Translations under genes and position numbers: made by a program
Origin: an uncultured Acetobacteraceae bacterium
GTDB taxonomy: Bacteria; Pseudomonadota; Alphaproteobacteria; Acetobacterales; Acetobacteraceae
Assembly: GCA_964250755.1 (NCBI GenBank)
Contig: CAXUHB010000001.1
Span: forward strand, 169,136-233,135
DNA: 64,000 nt
Direction: 5' to 3'
Shown: in pieces, positions 51,108 through 60,799 of the stretch
Layout: every line of letters begins with the position of its first letter
How positions within the stretch are numbered: position 1 is the stretch's first letter
The notes under the pieces: model-generated
Database searches by the model: none
Seen by the model: the letters and a program-made list of their open reading frames with translations, nothing else
Told to the model about the DNA's origin: nothing

Positions 51108-52136
51108 TCACCGCATCGCCTGGGCATGGCGCAGCAGGTCGCGCGCTGCTGCGGCCGGGTCGGGGAAGGCGTAGGTGCGCTCGAACGTGCCGCCTTCGAT
51201 GAAGGGCAGCGGCTCGGACGGGCGCAGCACCTGCATCCGGCAGCCGGACAAGCGGTTGACGAGGTGCTGGTTGCGGCCGTGCAGCACCTCGATCATCACC
51301 AGCCGCGCCCGCGGCGGCGCGAAGGCGGCGGTGTGGAACGCCGAGCCGCATAGGCCCATCACCACCCGGTCAGTCCCGAACAGGCGGACCTGGCCGGCCA
51401 GGGAGAGCTGCTCGGGATGCACGATCTCCACGCCCAGGGAGGCCAGGGCGCGGCATAGCGCGTCCTCGTTGGCGATGCCTTTTACGCCCCCGCCCAGGCG
51501 TGACCGCGCCAGGTAGGCCGGTGCAGATGGCCCGGCAGCCAGCCCCGGCGCCAGGCGGTCACCCACCGTGCGGCACAGCCGGGCATAGGCGCGGTGGGCC
51601 AGGCTCTCCTCAATGAAGGCCGGGGCGATCACGGTCAGGCGCCGGATGCGGGTTGGGCGCGTGAAGCGGCGGAATGCCCCGGCGTCCAGCCCCAGGCCGG
51701 ACAGGGCCGCGCCCACGTAGGGGTGCCCTGGCAGGACGGCCAGGTCGTAGTTGCTGTGCCACAGCAGCGGGCTGCGCGGCACCAGCCCGCCCGCCAGTGG
51801 CCAGAGGCGGGACAGGGTGGACAGCAGGAAGTGCCCGTAGTGCAGCAGCAGCGGGCCGGCGTGGATGAGGTGCTCGTCCGGCGCGTCCTCGATCTCTGCG
51901 GCGCCGACGCTGGCGTGCCCGCTCTGCCCGACCAGGGCGCGGCCGGGTCCGCGGACGTAGGCGGCGGCGGGGATCAGGCGGCCGTCGCGGGCGTAGAGGC
52001 CCCAGCTTCGGTCGTCATCCAGCCCGTAGCCGGCGAAGGGGACGTAGAGCGCGTCGGTATGCTCCTCGATGAGCGGGTCGGCCTCGATGATCTGCAGGCC
52101 GGCGCTGTCGAGTTCGCCGGGTTCCAGGCAGGGCAC
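51108..52136 (-). CDS. hypothetical protein, glycosyltransferase family 61/DUF563-like
   Basis: 342 aa; weak resemblance to DUF563 (…GHFLLSTLSRLWPL…); call is tentative. Confidence 0.4.
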   Translation of the reverse strand: MPCLEPGELDSAGLQIIEADPLIEEHTDALYVPFAGYGLDDDRSWGLYARDGRLIPAAAYVRGPGRALVGQSGHASVGAAEIEDAPDEHLIHAGPLLLHYGHFLLSTLSRLWPLAGGLVPRSPLLWHSNYDLAVLPGHPYVGAALSGLGLDAGAFRRFTRPTRIRRLTVIAPAFIEESLAHRAYARLCRTVGDRLAPGLAAGPSAPAYLARSRLGGGVKGIANEDALCRALASLGVEIVHPEQLSLAGQVRLFGTDRVVMGLCGSAFHTAAFAPPRARLVMIEVLHGRNQHLVNRLSGCRMQVLRPSEPLPFIEGGTFERTYAFPDPAAAARDLLRHAQAMR

Positions 52137-52150
52137 GGCGGGATGGGGCG

Positions 52151-52783
52151 CTAGTGCAGGCCGCCGGCACGCTCGATGAAGGCTGCTATGTCCGGCACGC
52201 CCTGGCCGGCGCGGACGTTGGCGAAGACGAAGGGGCGGTCGCCGCGCATCCGCCGGGCGTCGCGGTCCATGACCTCCAGGCTGGCGCCGACGTGGGGGGC
52301 GAGGTCTATCTTGTTGATGACCAGGAGGTCGCTGCGGGTGATGCCGGGGCCGCCCTTGCGGGGGATCTTGTCGCCGGCGGAGACGTCTATGACGTAGATC
52401 GTGAGGTCCGCCAGCTCGGGGCTGAAGGTGGCGGCAAGGTTGTCGCCGCCGGATTCGATCAGGATCACGTCGAGGGCGGGGAAGCGGCGGCGCATTTCGG
52501 CGACGCCAGCCAGGTTGATGCTGGCGTCCTCGCGGATGGCGGTGTGGGGGCAGCCGCCGGTCTCAATGCCCATGATGCGCTCGGGCGGGAGGGAGCCGGC
52601 GCGGGTCAGGAACTCGGCATCCTCCTTGGTATAGATGTCGTTGGTGATGGCGGCGATGTCGTAGCGGGGAGAGAAGGCGCGGCAGAGGGCGTCCATGAGG
52701 GCGGTCTTGCCGGTGCCGACGGGGCCGCCGACGCCGACGCGGAGGGGGCCGTTCGGTGAAGGCTGGGGCGGGGATGCGGTCAT
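52151..52783 (-). CDS. ureG: urease accessory GTPase UreG
   Basis: P-loop [13 protein letters not shown] metal-binding motif [13 protein letters not shown], 210 aa; true start MTASPP is inside the longer ORF. Confidence 0.9.
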   Translation of the reverse strand: MTASPPQPSPNGPLRVGVGGPVGTGKTALMDALCRAFSPRYDIAAITNDIYTKEDAEFLTRAGSLPPERIMGIETGGCPHTAIREDASINLAGVAEMRRRFPALDVILIESGGDNLAATFSPELADLTIYVIDVSAGDKIPRKGGPGITRSDLLVINKIDLAPHVGASLEVMDRDARRMRGDRPFVFANVRAGQGVPDIAAFIERAGGLH

Positions 52784-53517
52784 GATCGGAACAGCCTCGT
52801 GTACTGGGTTTCGTGACGCATGGCGGCGATGTCGGAGCGGAAGCAGGCGCCCCCCAGGTCGTCCAGGGTGGCGGCGCGGGTTTCGGCGGCGACCTGCGTG
52901 ATGGCGGGTTCCAGGAGGGACAGCACGCGCAGGCCGGCGGTTTGGCCCAGCGGGACCAGGCGGACGGCGGCGCTGACCAGGTTGGCGGTGAAGGCGTGCA
53001 GGAGGGCAAGGGTGGCATCGTCCTCGTTCACGGCGTGCGCGGCGGTCAGGGCGCCGATGGCGACGGGGTAGGGGGTGGGGGTGCCGGCGTCCAGCAGGGC
53101 GGCCAGGAGCGGGGCGCCCCAGACGGTGGCGGCCAGGGCGAAGGCGCCGCCTTGGCCGAGGGTTTCGGCCTGGCGCTCGCGGCCGGGCTGGGCGGCGGCG
53201 GCGAGTTCGGCGACTTGGGTCAGGGCGGGGAGTGTGGCGGCGCGGTGGGCGTGGCGGAGGAGGATGGCGTCGGTTCGGGCGGCGCCGTGGTGAAGGATGT
53301 CGGCGAGCCAGGTGGTCAGGTTGGGTTCGGTCCGGATGTCGTTGGACTCCACGGCCCACTCCAGCCCGTGACTGTAGGCGAAGCCGCCGGTGGGGAAGGC
53401 GGGGGAGAGCCAGGTCAGGAGGTGGAGGAGGGGCGTCGTGCTCCCTCCTTCTCTGAGAGAGGGTTGGAGCGAGGGGGTCTTGGCTGCAGAGCGGGATGCT
53501 TCTGGTGCCGCGTGGAC
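52780..53517 (-). CDS. ureF: urease accessory protein UreF
   Basis: [28 protein letters not shown] conserved UreF N-region. The ORF's first roughly 58 codons are translation of a REP-like element; nearest plausible start is a GTG at about 53517 inside the element, so the start is uncertain. Confidence 0.7.
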   Translation of the reverse strand, partial: VHAAPEASRSAAKTPSLQPSLREGGSTTPLLHLLTWLSPAFPTGGFAYSHGLEWAVESNDIRTEPNLTTWLADILHHGAARTDAILLRHAHRAATLPALTQVAELAAAAQPGRERQAETLGQGGAFALAATVWGAPLLAALLDAGTPTPYPVAIGALTAAHAVNEDDATLALLHAFTANLVSAAVRLVPLGQTAGLRVLSLLEPAITQVAAETRAATLDDLGGACFRSDIAAMRHETQYTRLFRS

Positions 53518-53600
53518 CTGGCCCTTGCCGGGCAGGCTGGGCGCTGGCGGGAAGATCCCCTCAGCCAACCCTCTCCCAGGGGGAGAGGGCTTAAGCGCGT
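53438..53600. repeat. REP-like palindromic doublet, copy C (more degenerate), at the ureE/ureF junction
   Basis: ctccctccttctctgagagagggttggagcgaggggg ... ccaaccctctcccagggggagagggcttaag; begins 7 nt after the ureE stop and runs into the ureF 5' region. Confidence 0.7.
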
Positions 53601-53606
53601 CCTTGG

Positions 53607-54080
53607 TCACTCGTGGTCTTCGCCGTCATGATGATGATGGTGCCCGTGCCCGCCCGCGTAGGCCCCTGCCTCGGGGTCGAAGGGGGCATGCAGTTCGTGG
53701 ACGTGGCCGCCGAGGCCGCGGACCATGTCGGCGATCACGTGGTCGGCGCGGATGCGGATGTGGGCGCCCAGCATCTGGACGGGCAGGTGGCGGTTGCCGA
53801 GGTGCCAGGCGATGCGGACCAAGCCGGCGGCGTCGTGAGCATGGATGTCCAGCAGGGGTTCGGGGCGGGCCAGGACCTGGACGATGCCGCCGCCATCCAG
53901 GAGGAGGCCGTCGCCGTGGCGGAGGCGGACGGCTTGGGGGAGGTCCACCAGGAGTTCGGCGCCGGCGGCGGTCGTCAGGACGATGCGGCGGCGGTGGCGG
54001 CGGTCGAAGTCCACGAGGACCTGGTCGCGCTCGTCGGCGGCGGGCCAGGCGCCGGCGGGGACGTGGGAGGCGGCGCGCAT
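53607..54080 (-). CDS. ureE: urease accessory metallochaperone UreE
   Basis: 157 aa; conserved IAWHLGNRH; His-rich C-terminus [15 protein letters not shown]; ATG overlaps ecsC stop (ATGA). Confidence 0.75.
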   Translation of the reverse strand: MRAASHVPAGAWPAADERDQVLVDFDRRHRRRIVLTTAAGAELLVDLPQAVRLRHGDGLLLDGGGIVQVLARPEPLLDIHAHDAAGLVRIAWHLGNRHLPVQMLGAHIRIRADHVIADMVRGLGGHVHELHAPFDPEAGAYAGGHGHHHHHDGEDHE

Positions 54081-54829
54081 CAGGGGGCCTCGGCGGGCAG
54101 GGAGGGTGGGGGCTGTGGTTCCGGCGCCCGGGGCCGGAATGGCAACGCCCTGCGACGCAGGGACGGTGGGGCCTGCGCCGGGGTGGTGAGGGCGCTGCCG
54201 TCGCTGGCGTCCGGCGGCTCGTTCTGGCGCACGAACACGCGCTTGGCCGCGGCGCCGACGGCGGCGGTGGCCAGGCCGTCCACGGTGCCGCTGATGGCGC
54301 CGCCGACGAAGGGCACGACACGGGCCAGCATGACCGCGCCCGATGCTCCGGCCATCGTTGCCAGGCGTGCGGCCAGGGCCTGGTTGATGCGGGCCATCAC
54401 CGCGCCGCTTAGGCCCAGTACTGCCTGCCGGGTCAGGCGCATGCCGACGCCGACGCCGGCCTGCTTCAGCACGTCCACCACTGCGGTTCCGGCCAGGCAG
54501 GCGATGGTGAGGGTGCGGACCTGCTCGCTGTGCAGGTCGTAGCCGCGGGCGCGGGCGATGTCTTGGATCAGGTTGATCTGCAGGGTGCTGACGCCGGCCA
54601 GGTTGGCGGGCAGGGCCAGGGGCAGGGTGATGAGGCCGCCCATGTTGGCGGCGAAGCCGACCGTGCCGGCCTGGGCGGCGGCGCGGCGGATCATGGCGGC
54701 GATGTCCTGTTCCGACCCAGGGGGCGCGGCTGCGCCGGGGGCGGCCTTGCGGCTGACCGTGCGGTCGTAGATCCAGTAAAGGCTGGCCAGCATGGCCTTG
54801 GTCGCCAGGCCCGGCGGTTCGGTGGTCAT
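54080..54829 (-). CDS. EcsC-family protein (function unknown)
   Basis: 249 aa; [12 protein letters not shown]..., [43 protein letters not shown]..., [11 protein letters not shown] fit the EcsC family; translationally coupled to ureE. Confidence 0.55.
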   Translation of the reverse strand: MTTEPPGLATKAMLASLYWIYDRTVSRKAAPGAAAPPGSEQDIAAMIRRAAAQAGTVGFAANMGGLITLPLALPANLAGVSTLQINLIQDIARARGYDLHSEQVRTLTIACLAGTAVVDVLKQAGVGVGMRLTRQAVLGLSGAVMARINQALAARLATMAGASGAVMLARVVPFVGGAISGTVDGLATAAVGAAAKRVFVRQNEPPDASDGSALTTPAQAPPSLRRRALPFRPRAPEPQPPPSLPAEAP

Positions 54830-55239
54830 CGCATCCTCGGCAGGTCGGCCAACCATCGGCGGTTTGCCGGGGGAACAAGAGCCAAGCGGGCGGGTGCGGT
54901 CAATGGGGTGGATGCGGGGGAGGCGTGGAGGTGCGCTTTGTAGGGGGGGACTGTTGAGCCGGTGATCCGTGGCAGGGAGAGGGCGGCGCGGGTTGTGTTG
55001 CGGGGGGCGGGGCCGGGCTGGTCGGCCGGGCGGGCGCCTTCGGGTTAAGCGGCGGGCTGGCTGGGATAGAGCCAGGATCTGGACCAGGCGCGGCATAACC
55101 CCCTGGCGTCGCTGGCGCCGGGCGGCTGATTTGCACCTTCGGGTGGGGGTGCTGGTGCGCTGCGCCGTGGGGGCGTGCGAGTTCGTCCTCGGCCTGGCCG
55201 GGGGCAGGGCTGGGGGTGCAGGCCTGCTTGGGGCCATAT

Positions 55240-55271
55240 GTTAAGCCCTGCTGGCTGTTAAGCCCTGCTGG
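55240..55271. repeat. 15-bp tandem direct repeat (gttaagccctgctgg x2, 2-bp spacer) at the edge of the low-GC stretch
   Basis: Exact duplication read directly; lies between the hybrid kinase stop and the ecsC-ureEFG promoter region, where GC content visibly changes. Confidence 0.6.
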
Positions 55272-55406
55272 TCGTTCCTCCACCGGGCCCAAAGCTTCCG
55301 CTTCTGCTCCGCCGACGGGCCAGGCCGACCCGTGCGCGCGTTTGTGGACCCTCCCGGAACACCGCAAACCTACCCGTTTTGCGGCGGCCAGTTGAACCCA
55401 CCACAG

Positions 55407-57416
55407 TCAAATTCTTGTTGCCGGTTCGCCAAGTGCGTCGCGCAACGCGTGAGCAAGTTTTTCCATGCGATAAGGCTTGCCGAGCACTTGGAAACCGCTG
55501 ACATCGCCGCGCCCAGCGGACTCTCCAAGTCCGGTGGTGAGCACGATCCTGAGCGACGGCCATCGTTCAAGCGCCATCTTGGCAAGCGCCAACCCATCCA
55601 AGTCTCCAGGAATGACAAGGTCGGTGAAAAGCAGATCAACGTGGCCCCGGGAAAGCTCACTGAGCGCAGACGTTGCCTCGTCAGCCTGCAAGACATTGTA
55701 GCCGAGGCGCTCGATCTGGCGGACCACCACTTGGCGCAGCGCTGGGTTGTCCTCCACAACCAGCACGGTTTCGTGCCGGGCCAAGGATGTCCGCCCTACT
55801 TGGTCCGCAACCGTTTTAACCACTGACTGCTCTGCCAGGCTCGGAAGATACAGCCGAAATACGGTTCCACTAAAGGGCTTGCTCTCGACCCCGATGTTGC
55901 CGCCGGACTGCTTGATGAAGCCATAGACCGTGCTCAGGCCTAGACCGGTGCCTGGTTTGCCGGAAAGGCTCTTCGTGGAAAAGAAAGGCTCGAAGATGTG
56001 CGACATGATCTCTGGCGCCATCCCACCGCCAGTGTCGCGGACGGAAAGCTCGACGTAGTTCCCTGGAATGCCCACCGGGTCAATTAGACCTGCTCCCGAG
56101 TCGAGATGATGGTTGCTTGCAGAAAGCTCGATCCGACCGCCATCGGGCATCGCCTCGCTTGCATTCATCGCAAGGTTCATCAGGCATGCCTCAAGCTGCG
56201 CCCTGTCTGCCAGGATGGGCCAGACGCCATCATCGCTGATCGACAGCGAGAGGGCGATGTTTTCCCCAAGCATGCTCCGAAGGGTCTTGGTCACAGCGAG
56301 CAACAATGCGTTCAAGTCAAGCCGCTGAGGCCGAAGCGGCTGCGCACGGGCAAAAGCAAGCATGTGTTGGACGAGTTCTGCCCCCCGCATGGCTGCCTCG
56401 AAAGCCTCGTCGATGTATCCAGCAGCTTCTCCGTTTTGACCCACATGCCCGCGGAGCAGTTCAAGATTTCCAGTGATGACGCCAAGCAGGTTGTTGATGT
56501 TGTGCGCCACCCCTCCTGTGAATGTGCCTATAGCCGCCATCTTCTGCGCTTGAAACAATGCCTGTTCGGTTGCCTTGCGCTGCGAGATGTCGCGAATGTT
56601 GCACTGGATCGTACTCTGGCTGTCCTCGGAGTAAACGTTGCTGACAAACTCGACCGCTATCATGCGGCCGCTTTTTGTCCGTAACGGCAGGTCGTCGTAG
56701 CGGATATACCCGGCCGCTTGCAGCTCCTTGAACGCGTCTTGACTTGCGACTATATCAACGAGCGACCCAACTTCCCAAATATGCTTTCCTAAAAACTCGC
56801 TATGCGAGTATCCAAGCAGTTCAACCATGAATGGGTTCGCGTCGGTAATCTTCCCACTGTCCGCATCGAGCAACAGGATCCCATCCTTGGCTGCCTCGAA
56901 AAGACGGCGATACCTCAGTTCGGACAAGCGAAGCAATTGCTCTGTCCGGCTCCTTTTCCGGCGCCCCTGCTCCCAGCGCAGGGCTGCGGTGACCGCCGGT
57001 CCTAGCCGTGTCAGATCGTCCTTGAAAATATAGTCTTTTGCACCTGCGGCGAGGAACGTGAACGCTTCTTCTGCAGGAACCCGGTCGCCCACCACAATGA
57101 GAGGAGTCTCTGGATGTGAATGGCGGGTGAATTTTAGCGCATGACGGCCGCTGAAGGTAGGCAAAGCGGCACCGGCGAGTACGATGCTGGGGTTGAATTG
57201 GCTCATGGCTTGAACAAAGCCCATCTCTGTTTCAGCTCTATAATGCGTGAACTGCAGCCCTGCCCTTTGCAGGCCCGCAACCAGCAGGTCCGCCTCTGCT
57301 TCCTCCTCAAGTATCAGCAGTCGTATCTTCTCAGTTTCGGGATGGCTGGAAGCAGTATCGGGGTGCGTCTTGGACGCTACAATGGTAGGACCTTTAGACT
57401 GCACCACGCCCTCCAC
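55407..57416 (-). CDS. hybrid sensor histidine kinase / response regulator (REC-PAS-HisKA-HATPase-REC)
   Basis: N-terminal receiver (LLILEEE...D), PAS (DGILLLDADSGKITDANP), H-box GGVAHNINNLL, N/G boxes (NLAMNASEAM; GTGLGLS), C-terminal receiver (VLVVEDNP...DLLFTDLVIPG...K); markedly lower GC than its neighbours. Confidence 0.85.
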   Translation of the reverse strand: MEGVVQSKGPTIVASKTHPDTASSHPETEKIRLLILEEEAEADLLVAGLQRAGLQFTHYRAETEMGFVQAMSQFNPSIVLAGAALPTFSGRHALKFTRHSHPETPLIVVGDRVPAEEAFTFLAAGAKDYIFKDDLTRLGPAVTAALRWEQGRRKRSRTEQLLRLSELRYRRLFEAAKDGILLLDADSGKITDANPFMVELLGYSHSEFLGKHIWEVGSLVDIVASQDAFKELQAAGYIRYDDLPLRTKSGRMIAVEFVSNVYSEDSQSTIQCNIRDISQRKATEQALFQAQKMAAIGTFTGGVAHNINNLLGVITGNLELLRGHVGQNGEAAGYIDEAFEAAMRGAELVQHMLAFARAQPLRPQRLDLNALLLAVTKTLRSMLGENIALSLSISDDGVWPILADRAQLEACLMNLAMNASEAMPDGGRIELSASNHHLDSGAGLIDPVGIPGNYVELSVRDTGGGMAPEIMSHIFEPFFSTKSLSGKPGTGLGLSTVYGFIKQSGGNIGVESKPFSGTVFRLYLPSLAEQSVVKTVADQVGRTSLARHETVLVVEDNPALRQVVVRQIERLGYNVLQADEATSALSELSRGHVDLLFTDLVIPGDLDGLALAKMALERWPSLRIVLTTGLGESAGRGDVSGFQVLGKPYRMEKLAHALRDALGEPATRI

Positions 57417-57686
57417 CGTATCGAATATGCAACGCTACCTATGTGCAGCCTAGACTTGCAAGCCATTTCGCATCACCGTTGTGGCATCAGCAACATGGGT
57501 GCTGACTGGCCTGCGGACCCGCCAACTACAAAAAGGTGCGGGTTGGGCATCTGCGTTCACCGCTGCACCTCCTCGAAGCTGCTCTCAATGCTGCGGGCGC
57601 AGTGGGTGGTTCGCCTGGGGCCGTGGCGGTGGAGTGGACCCCTGAAGCGAGACGGGTAAGTTCGGACGGCTTCCAACGAGGGGAAC

Positions 57687-58100
57687 GTGCCGATGTCCCT
57701 GAGCGGGTCCGTGCGTCGCAGCCGGAAGTTCACGCTGAAGACCGTTGAACGGTTGGAGGCTGGCGAACGCGCAAGCGCCCTGGCCATAGAACTGAACCTG
57801 AACCGGACGGTCATCAATCACTGGCGTGACCGATTTCGGGCGAACGGTGCAGAGGCGCTGACGAGCGACCACGGGTTCCCGCGCCCGCCGGAAGTCCTTG
57901 CAGCGGAGAGCCTGCCCGCGTCGCGGGCCGGGGTGGATGGTTTGGTCCAGGCGCAGGCTCAGCTCGCCGAGCTGAAGCGCAAGGTTGGCCAGCAACAACT
58001 GGACCTGGATTCCCAGGAGCGCCTTGCAGCACAAAGGGGGTTCACACCGGCCGAGCGACGCGCCTGGCGTGGCAGCGTCTTGCCCACATCCAGGCGATGA
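57687..58100 (+). mobile_element. IS3-family transposase OrfA-like remnant (HTH plus leucine zipper); no orfB follows
   Basis: KFTLKTVERLEAGERASALAIELNLNRTVINHWRDRFRANG HTH resembles IS3/IS911 OrfA; coiled-coil tail LAELKRKVGQQQLDLDSQERLAAQRGF; downstream region lacks an intact DDE ORF. Confidence 0.5.
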
Positions 58101-58279
58101 CGCGCTCGCAAGGCGAAGCACCGGGAGCGCGGCATTCGGTCAGCATCAGCCCGGTGCATTCCCGACGAGCCGGCGCTGCGGCAGGTTTGGTGCCGGGGGC
58201 AGCATGGCCGCGCAGGGCGTCGTATCGGGCCACCTGTTCCGCGCCCAGGACCGAGCGTTGCTGACGGTAGTGGGTTTGG

Positions 58280-58684
58280 TCAGCAGGAAACCGCGATGAG
58301 GTCCGGGAGAAGAAACGTTTCCCGGGCTTCCGCCGAGTGAAGTCGCGCGCGGGAGTAGAACGAGAGCAACGCGCCTTTGTCGAACAGCGTCTCGTGCGCT
58401 GCACGGAACTCCTCGAAGTCGGCACCCGGCCTTTGAAGGACGCGCTCCGCAACAAGCGCCAGGAACGCAGTGGTGATCGTCTCGTTGTAGGCCTCCGGCT
58501 TGCCATCCCTCTCGGCCATGGCCTTGATGCCGCGGGACATGCGCGGCAGCGCGTCGGCAAAACAGTCTCGCAGCAGCAAGGCCCGCGCGATCCTCACATG
58601 CTCGTGGTGGGAGAAGGCCGCGGGATCGAACTCCCCGCGCTCGAAGCGGAGAAGCTCCGCGTCACTCTCGTCCATTGTCACCAC
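58280..58684 (-). CDS. hypothetical protein (134 aa), downstream member of an overlapping two-gene module
   Basis: GC3-biased ORF; start ATGGTGACAATGGACGAG overlaps the last 8 codons of the upstream 86-aa ORF; no recognisable domain. Confidence 0.45.
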   Translation of the reverse strand: MVTMDESDAELLRFERGEFDPAAFSHHEHVRIARALLLRDCFADALPRMSRGIKAMAERDGKPEAYNETITTAFLALVAERVLQRPGADFEEFRAAHETLFDKGALLSFYSRARLHSAEARETFLLPDLIAVSC

Positions 58685-58922
58685 CCTCGGCCAGCTTGTG
58701 CGAGTCGTCAGCGGTCAACTCCAGCCCATAGGCATCCCGAAGCTGCGCGATCTTGCGCAGCGTTTCCGGGCCAAACGGCTGCCGTCCTTCAAAGCTATGC
58801 AGGAGCACGCCTTCGAGCAGCTCCCCAAGCGGCATCTCCAGCATCTCCGCCAGCGCCTTGCTGACTTTCAGAATGCGGCGCTCAATGCGCACCCCAGTCT
58901 GCACCCTGTCAACCTGCCTCAT
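58662..58922 (-). CDS. hypothetical small protein (86 aa), upstream member of the two-gene module
   Basis: MRQVDRVQTGVRIERRILKVSKALAEMLEMPLGELLEGVLL...; basic N-terminus that could bind DNA; start taken at the internal ATG of ORF 58662..59072. Confidence 0.45.
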   Translation of the reverse strand: MRQVDRVQTGVRIERRILKVSKALAEMLEMPLGELLEGVLLHSFEGRQPFGPETLRKIAQLRDAYGLELTADDSHKLAEGGDNGRE

Positions 58923-59101
58923 GTTACCTTGGTAACATAGCGGCGGGGCTGCAGCAAGGCCTCGCCCCCGAGTCGTCGGGATTGCGCGGCAGGCGGGGTG
59001 ACCCGGCGACATGGCTGCCGCCGCGCCCGACGCAAGCCAGCCCCTCGCCGCACCCAAACCCAGGGTAGCCACCCACGGTCAGCCTGCCTACCTTCCCACG
59101 C

Positions 59102-59407
59102 ATGTCCCGCTCCCCTGCTGCCGACCTGGCCCCCCTCGTCAAGCTCCTGCAAGCGGGCGTCCCGCCTGGCCGCGCCGCCGCCGAACTCTCCCGCGTCTTG
59201 GCCCTCTGGACGGCCGAACTGGAGGGTGACGGCGAGCAGCTGCAGGAGCGGCTGTCCGGCCTGGCCGAGCAGATGACGGTGGGGATCGAGGAGATGCACG
59301 AGGGCATCGCCGAGGCGAGCGACAAGGGGAAGCCCACGCTGCGGCGGATACTGGCGACGCACCAGGCGGTGCTGGACGGGGTGCGCAAGGCCCAGGGGGC
59401 GGAGTAG
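59102..59407 (+). CDS. hypothetical protein (101 aa, helical)
   Basis: GC3-biased ORF immediately upstream of the patatin-like phospholipase; no recognisable domain. Confidence 0.4.
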   Translation: MSRSPAADLAPLVKLLQAGVPPGRAAAELSRVLALWTAELEGDGEQLQERLSGLAEQMTVGIEEMHEGIAEASDKGKPTLRRILATHQAVLDGVRKAQGAE

Positions 59408-59671
59408 GCGTCCCGCCGCTCCGCCAGGCCGGCCCAACGGCCGCAAGCCTGTGCCGATCGGCCATCCGGCACCGCTGCGCGTTGCCGCATGTCTTGTTTC
59501 CAAGGATCACAAATGGATGAAGCGTCCGGACACGGCCTGTGAAGCCGATGCAAGGACAGCGACGGGGACCAGGTTTGGTGGGCCGCCCGTCATCAGGCAA
59601 TGTGAGTCGGCTTGGCCTGCCCGGGGTTGGGCCACGCAGACGTCGCCGACTTTGCCGAAAGGAAGCTCCGC

Positions 59672-60799
59672 ATGTTCGACGATCCGAGCCGAGCCGCTCC
59701 GCAGCGGAGCGTGGCCATGGTGCTGGCGGGCGGGGTGGCCATGGGCGCCTACGAGGCCGGGGCCTATGCCGGGCTGCACGACCAGCCGGGACCGGTGCCG
59801 GGATGGTTCGCAGGCTCCTCCATCGGCGCGGTGAACGCGGCGATCATTGCGGGTTCGCCGGGGGACCAGCGTGTTGCGCGGCTGCGGGAGTTCTGGGATG
59901 CGATGGCGAGCGAGCCGTGGCCGTTCGTGTCGTCATGGCTGGGTTATCCTGCCGCTGGGCTGTGGCGGCAGGTCCTGAACGGGAGGAGTGCCCTGGACAC
60001 CCTGGCCTACGGGCGCCCCGGGCTGTTCCGTCCGCGGCTGGCGCCCGGCGCGCAGGTCGGCGTGCAGGATGTCCCGGCGCTGTTCGACCTGCAGCCGCTG
60101 CGGGAGAAGCTGGCCGGGCTGATTGACTTCGGCCTGTTGAACAGCGGCGCGGTCCGGATGAGCCTGTCGTGCACGGATGTCCTGAGCGGCGAGCGGGTGG
60201 TGTTCGACACCGGGCGGGGCGACCGGATCGGGGTGGAGCATGTCCTGGCCTCCTGCGCGTTGCTGCCCCTGTTCGCGCCGGTCGAGGTCGGGGGCAGGCT
60301 GCTGGCGGATGGGGGGTTGGGGGCCAACACGCCGCTCGACCTCGTGCTGGATGACAGCCCGGACCAGGAGACGGTGTGCTACGTGGTCGAGCTGTTCGCA
60401 CGGCAGGGCAGCCGCCCGCACACGCTGGCGGCCTCTGCCAGCCGGGCTGGCGACCTGGCGTTCGGCAACCAGACCCGGCGCATCCTGGAGGGGCGCCAGC
60501 GCGAGTATCACCTCCGCGGCCTGATTGGGCGGTTGGCCGCGCATTTGCCTGCGGGTGCGCTTGAGGTGCCGGAGGTTGCGGCGGTGCTGGCCGAGGGGCG
60601 GACGGATCGGACCACCGTTGCAATCATCGCGTATCGTGCGGGGTTGGACGAGGCTGGGCTGCTGAAGGTGTTCGATTTCTCGCGTGCTACGCTGGCGGAT
60701 CGGTGGAGGGCGGGGGAGGCGGCGATGCGGGACACCGTAGCCGCGGCTGTGGCAGTGGCGGGGGGAACGGGCACGGCGCTGGATGTGATTGAGGGCTGA
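59672..60799 (+). CDS. patatin-like phospholipase
   Basis: Oxyanion hole VLAGGVAMGAYEAG, nucleophile elbow GSSIGA (GxSxG), catalytic Asp motif LADGGLGANTPL (DGG/A). Confidence 0.8.
   Translation: MFDDPSRAAPQRSVAMVLAGGVAMGAYEAGAYAGLHDQPGPVPGWFAGSSIGAVNAAIIAGSPGDQRVARLREFWDAMASEPWPFVSSWLGYPAAGLWRQVLNGRSALDTLAYGRPGLFRPRLAPGAQVGVQDVPALFDLQPLREKLAGLIDFGLLNSGAVRMSLSCTDVLSGERVVFDTGRGDRIGVEHVLASCALLPLFAPVEVGGRLLADGGLGANTPLDLVLDDSPDQETVCYVVELFARQGSRPHTLAASASRAGDLAFGNQTRRILEGRQREYHLRGLIGRLAAHLPAGALEVPEVAAVLAEGRTDRTTVAIIAYRAGLDEAGLLKVFDFSRATLADRWRAGEAAMRDTVAAAVAVAGGTGTALDVIEG

Noticed and set aside
48123-51351. Long minus-strand ORFs (633 aa, 467 aa) over selO and the serine hydrolase
   Set aside because: Pro/Arg-rich out-of-frame translations; the real genes are recognisable in other frames
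52780-53610. Annotated 276-aa ureF ORF with N-terminal [20 protein letters not shown]...
   Set aside because: The first roughly 58 codons are a translated REP-like element, not a genuine N-terminus; gene call shortened
57985-58299. Possible IS3 orfB continuation downstream of the orfA remnant
   Set aside because: No DDE transposase motifs or reading frame of useful length; element judged truncated
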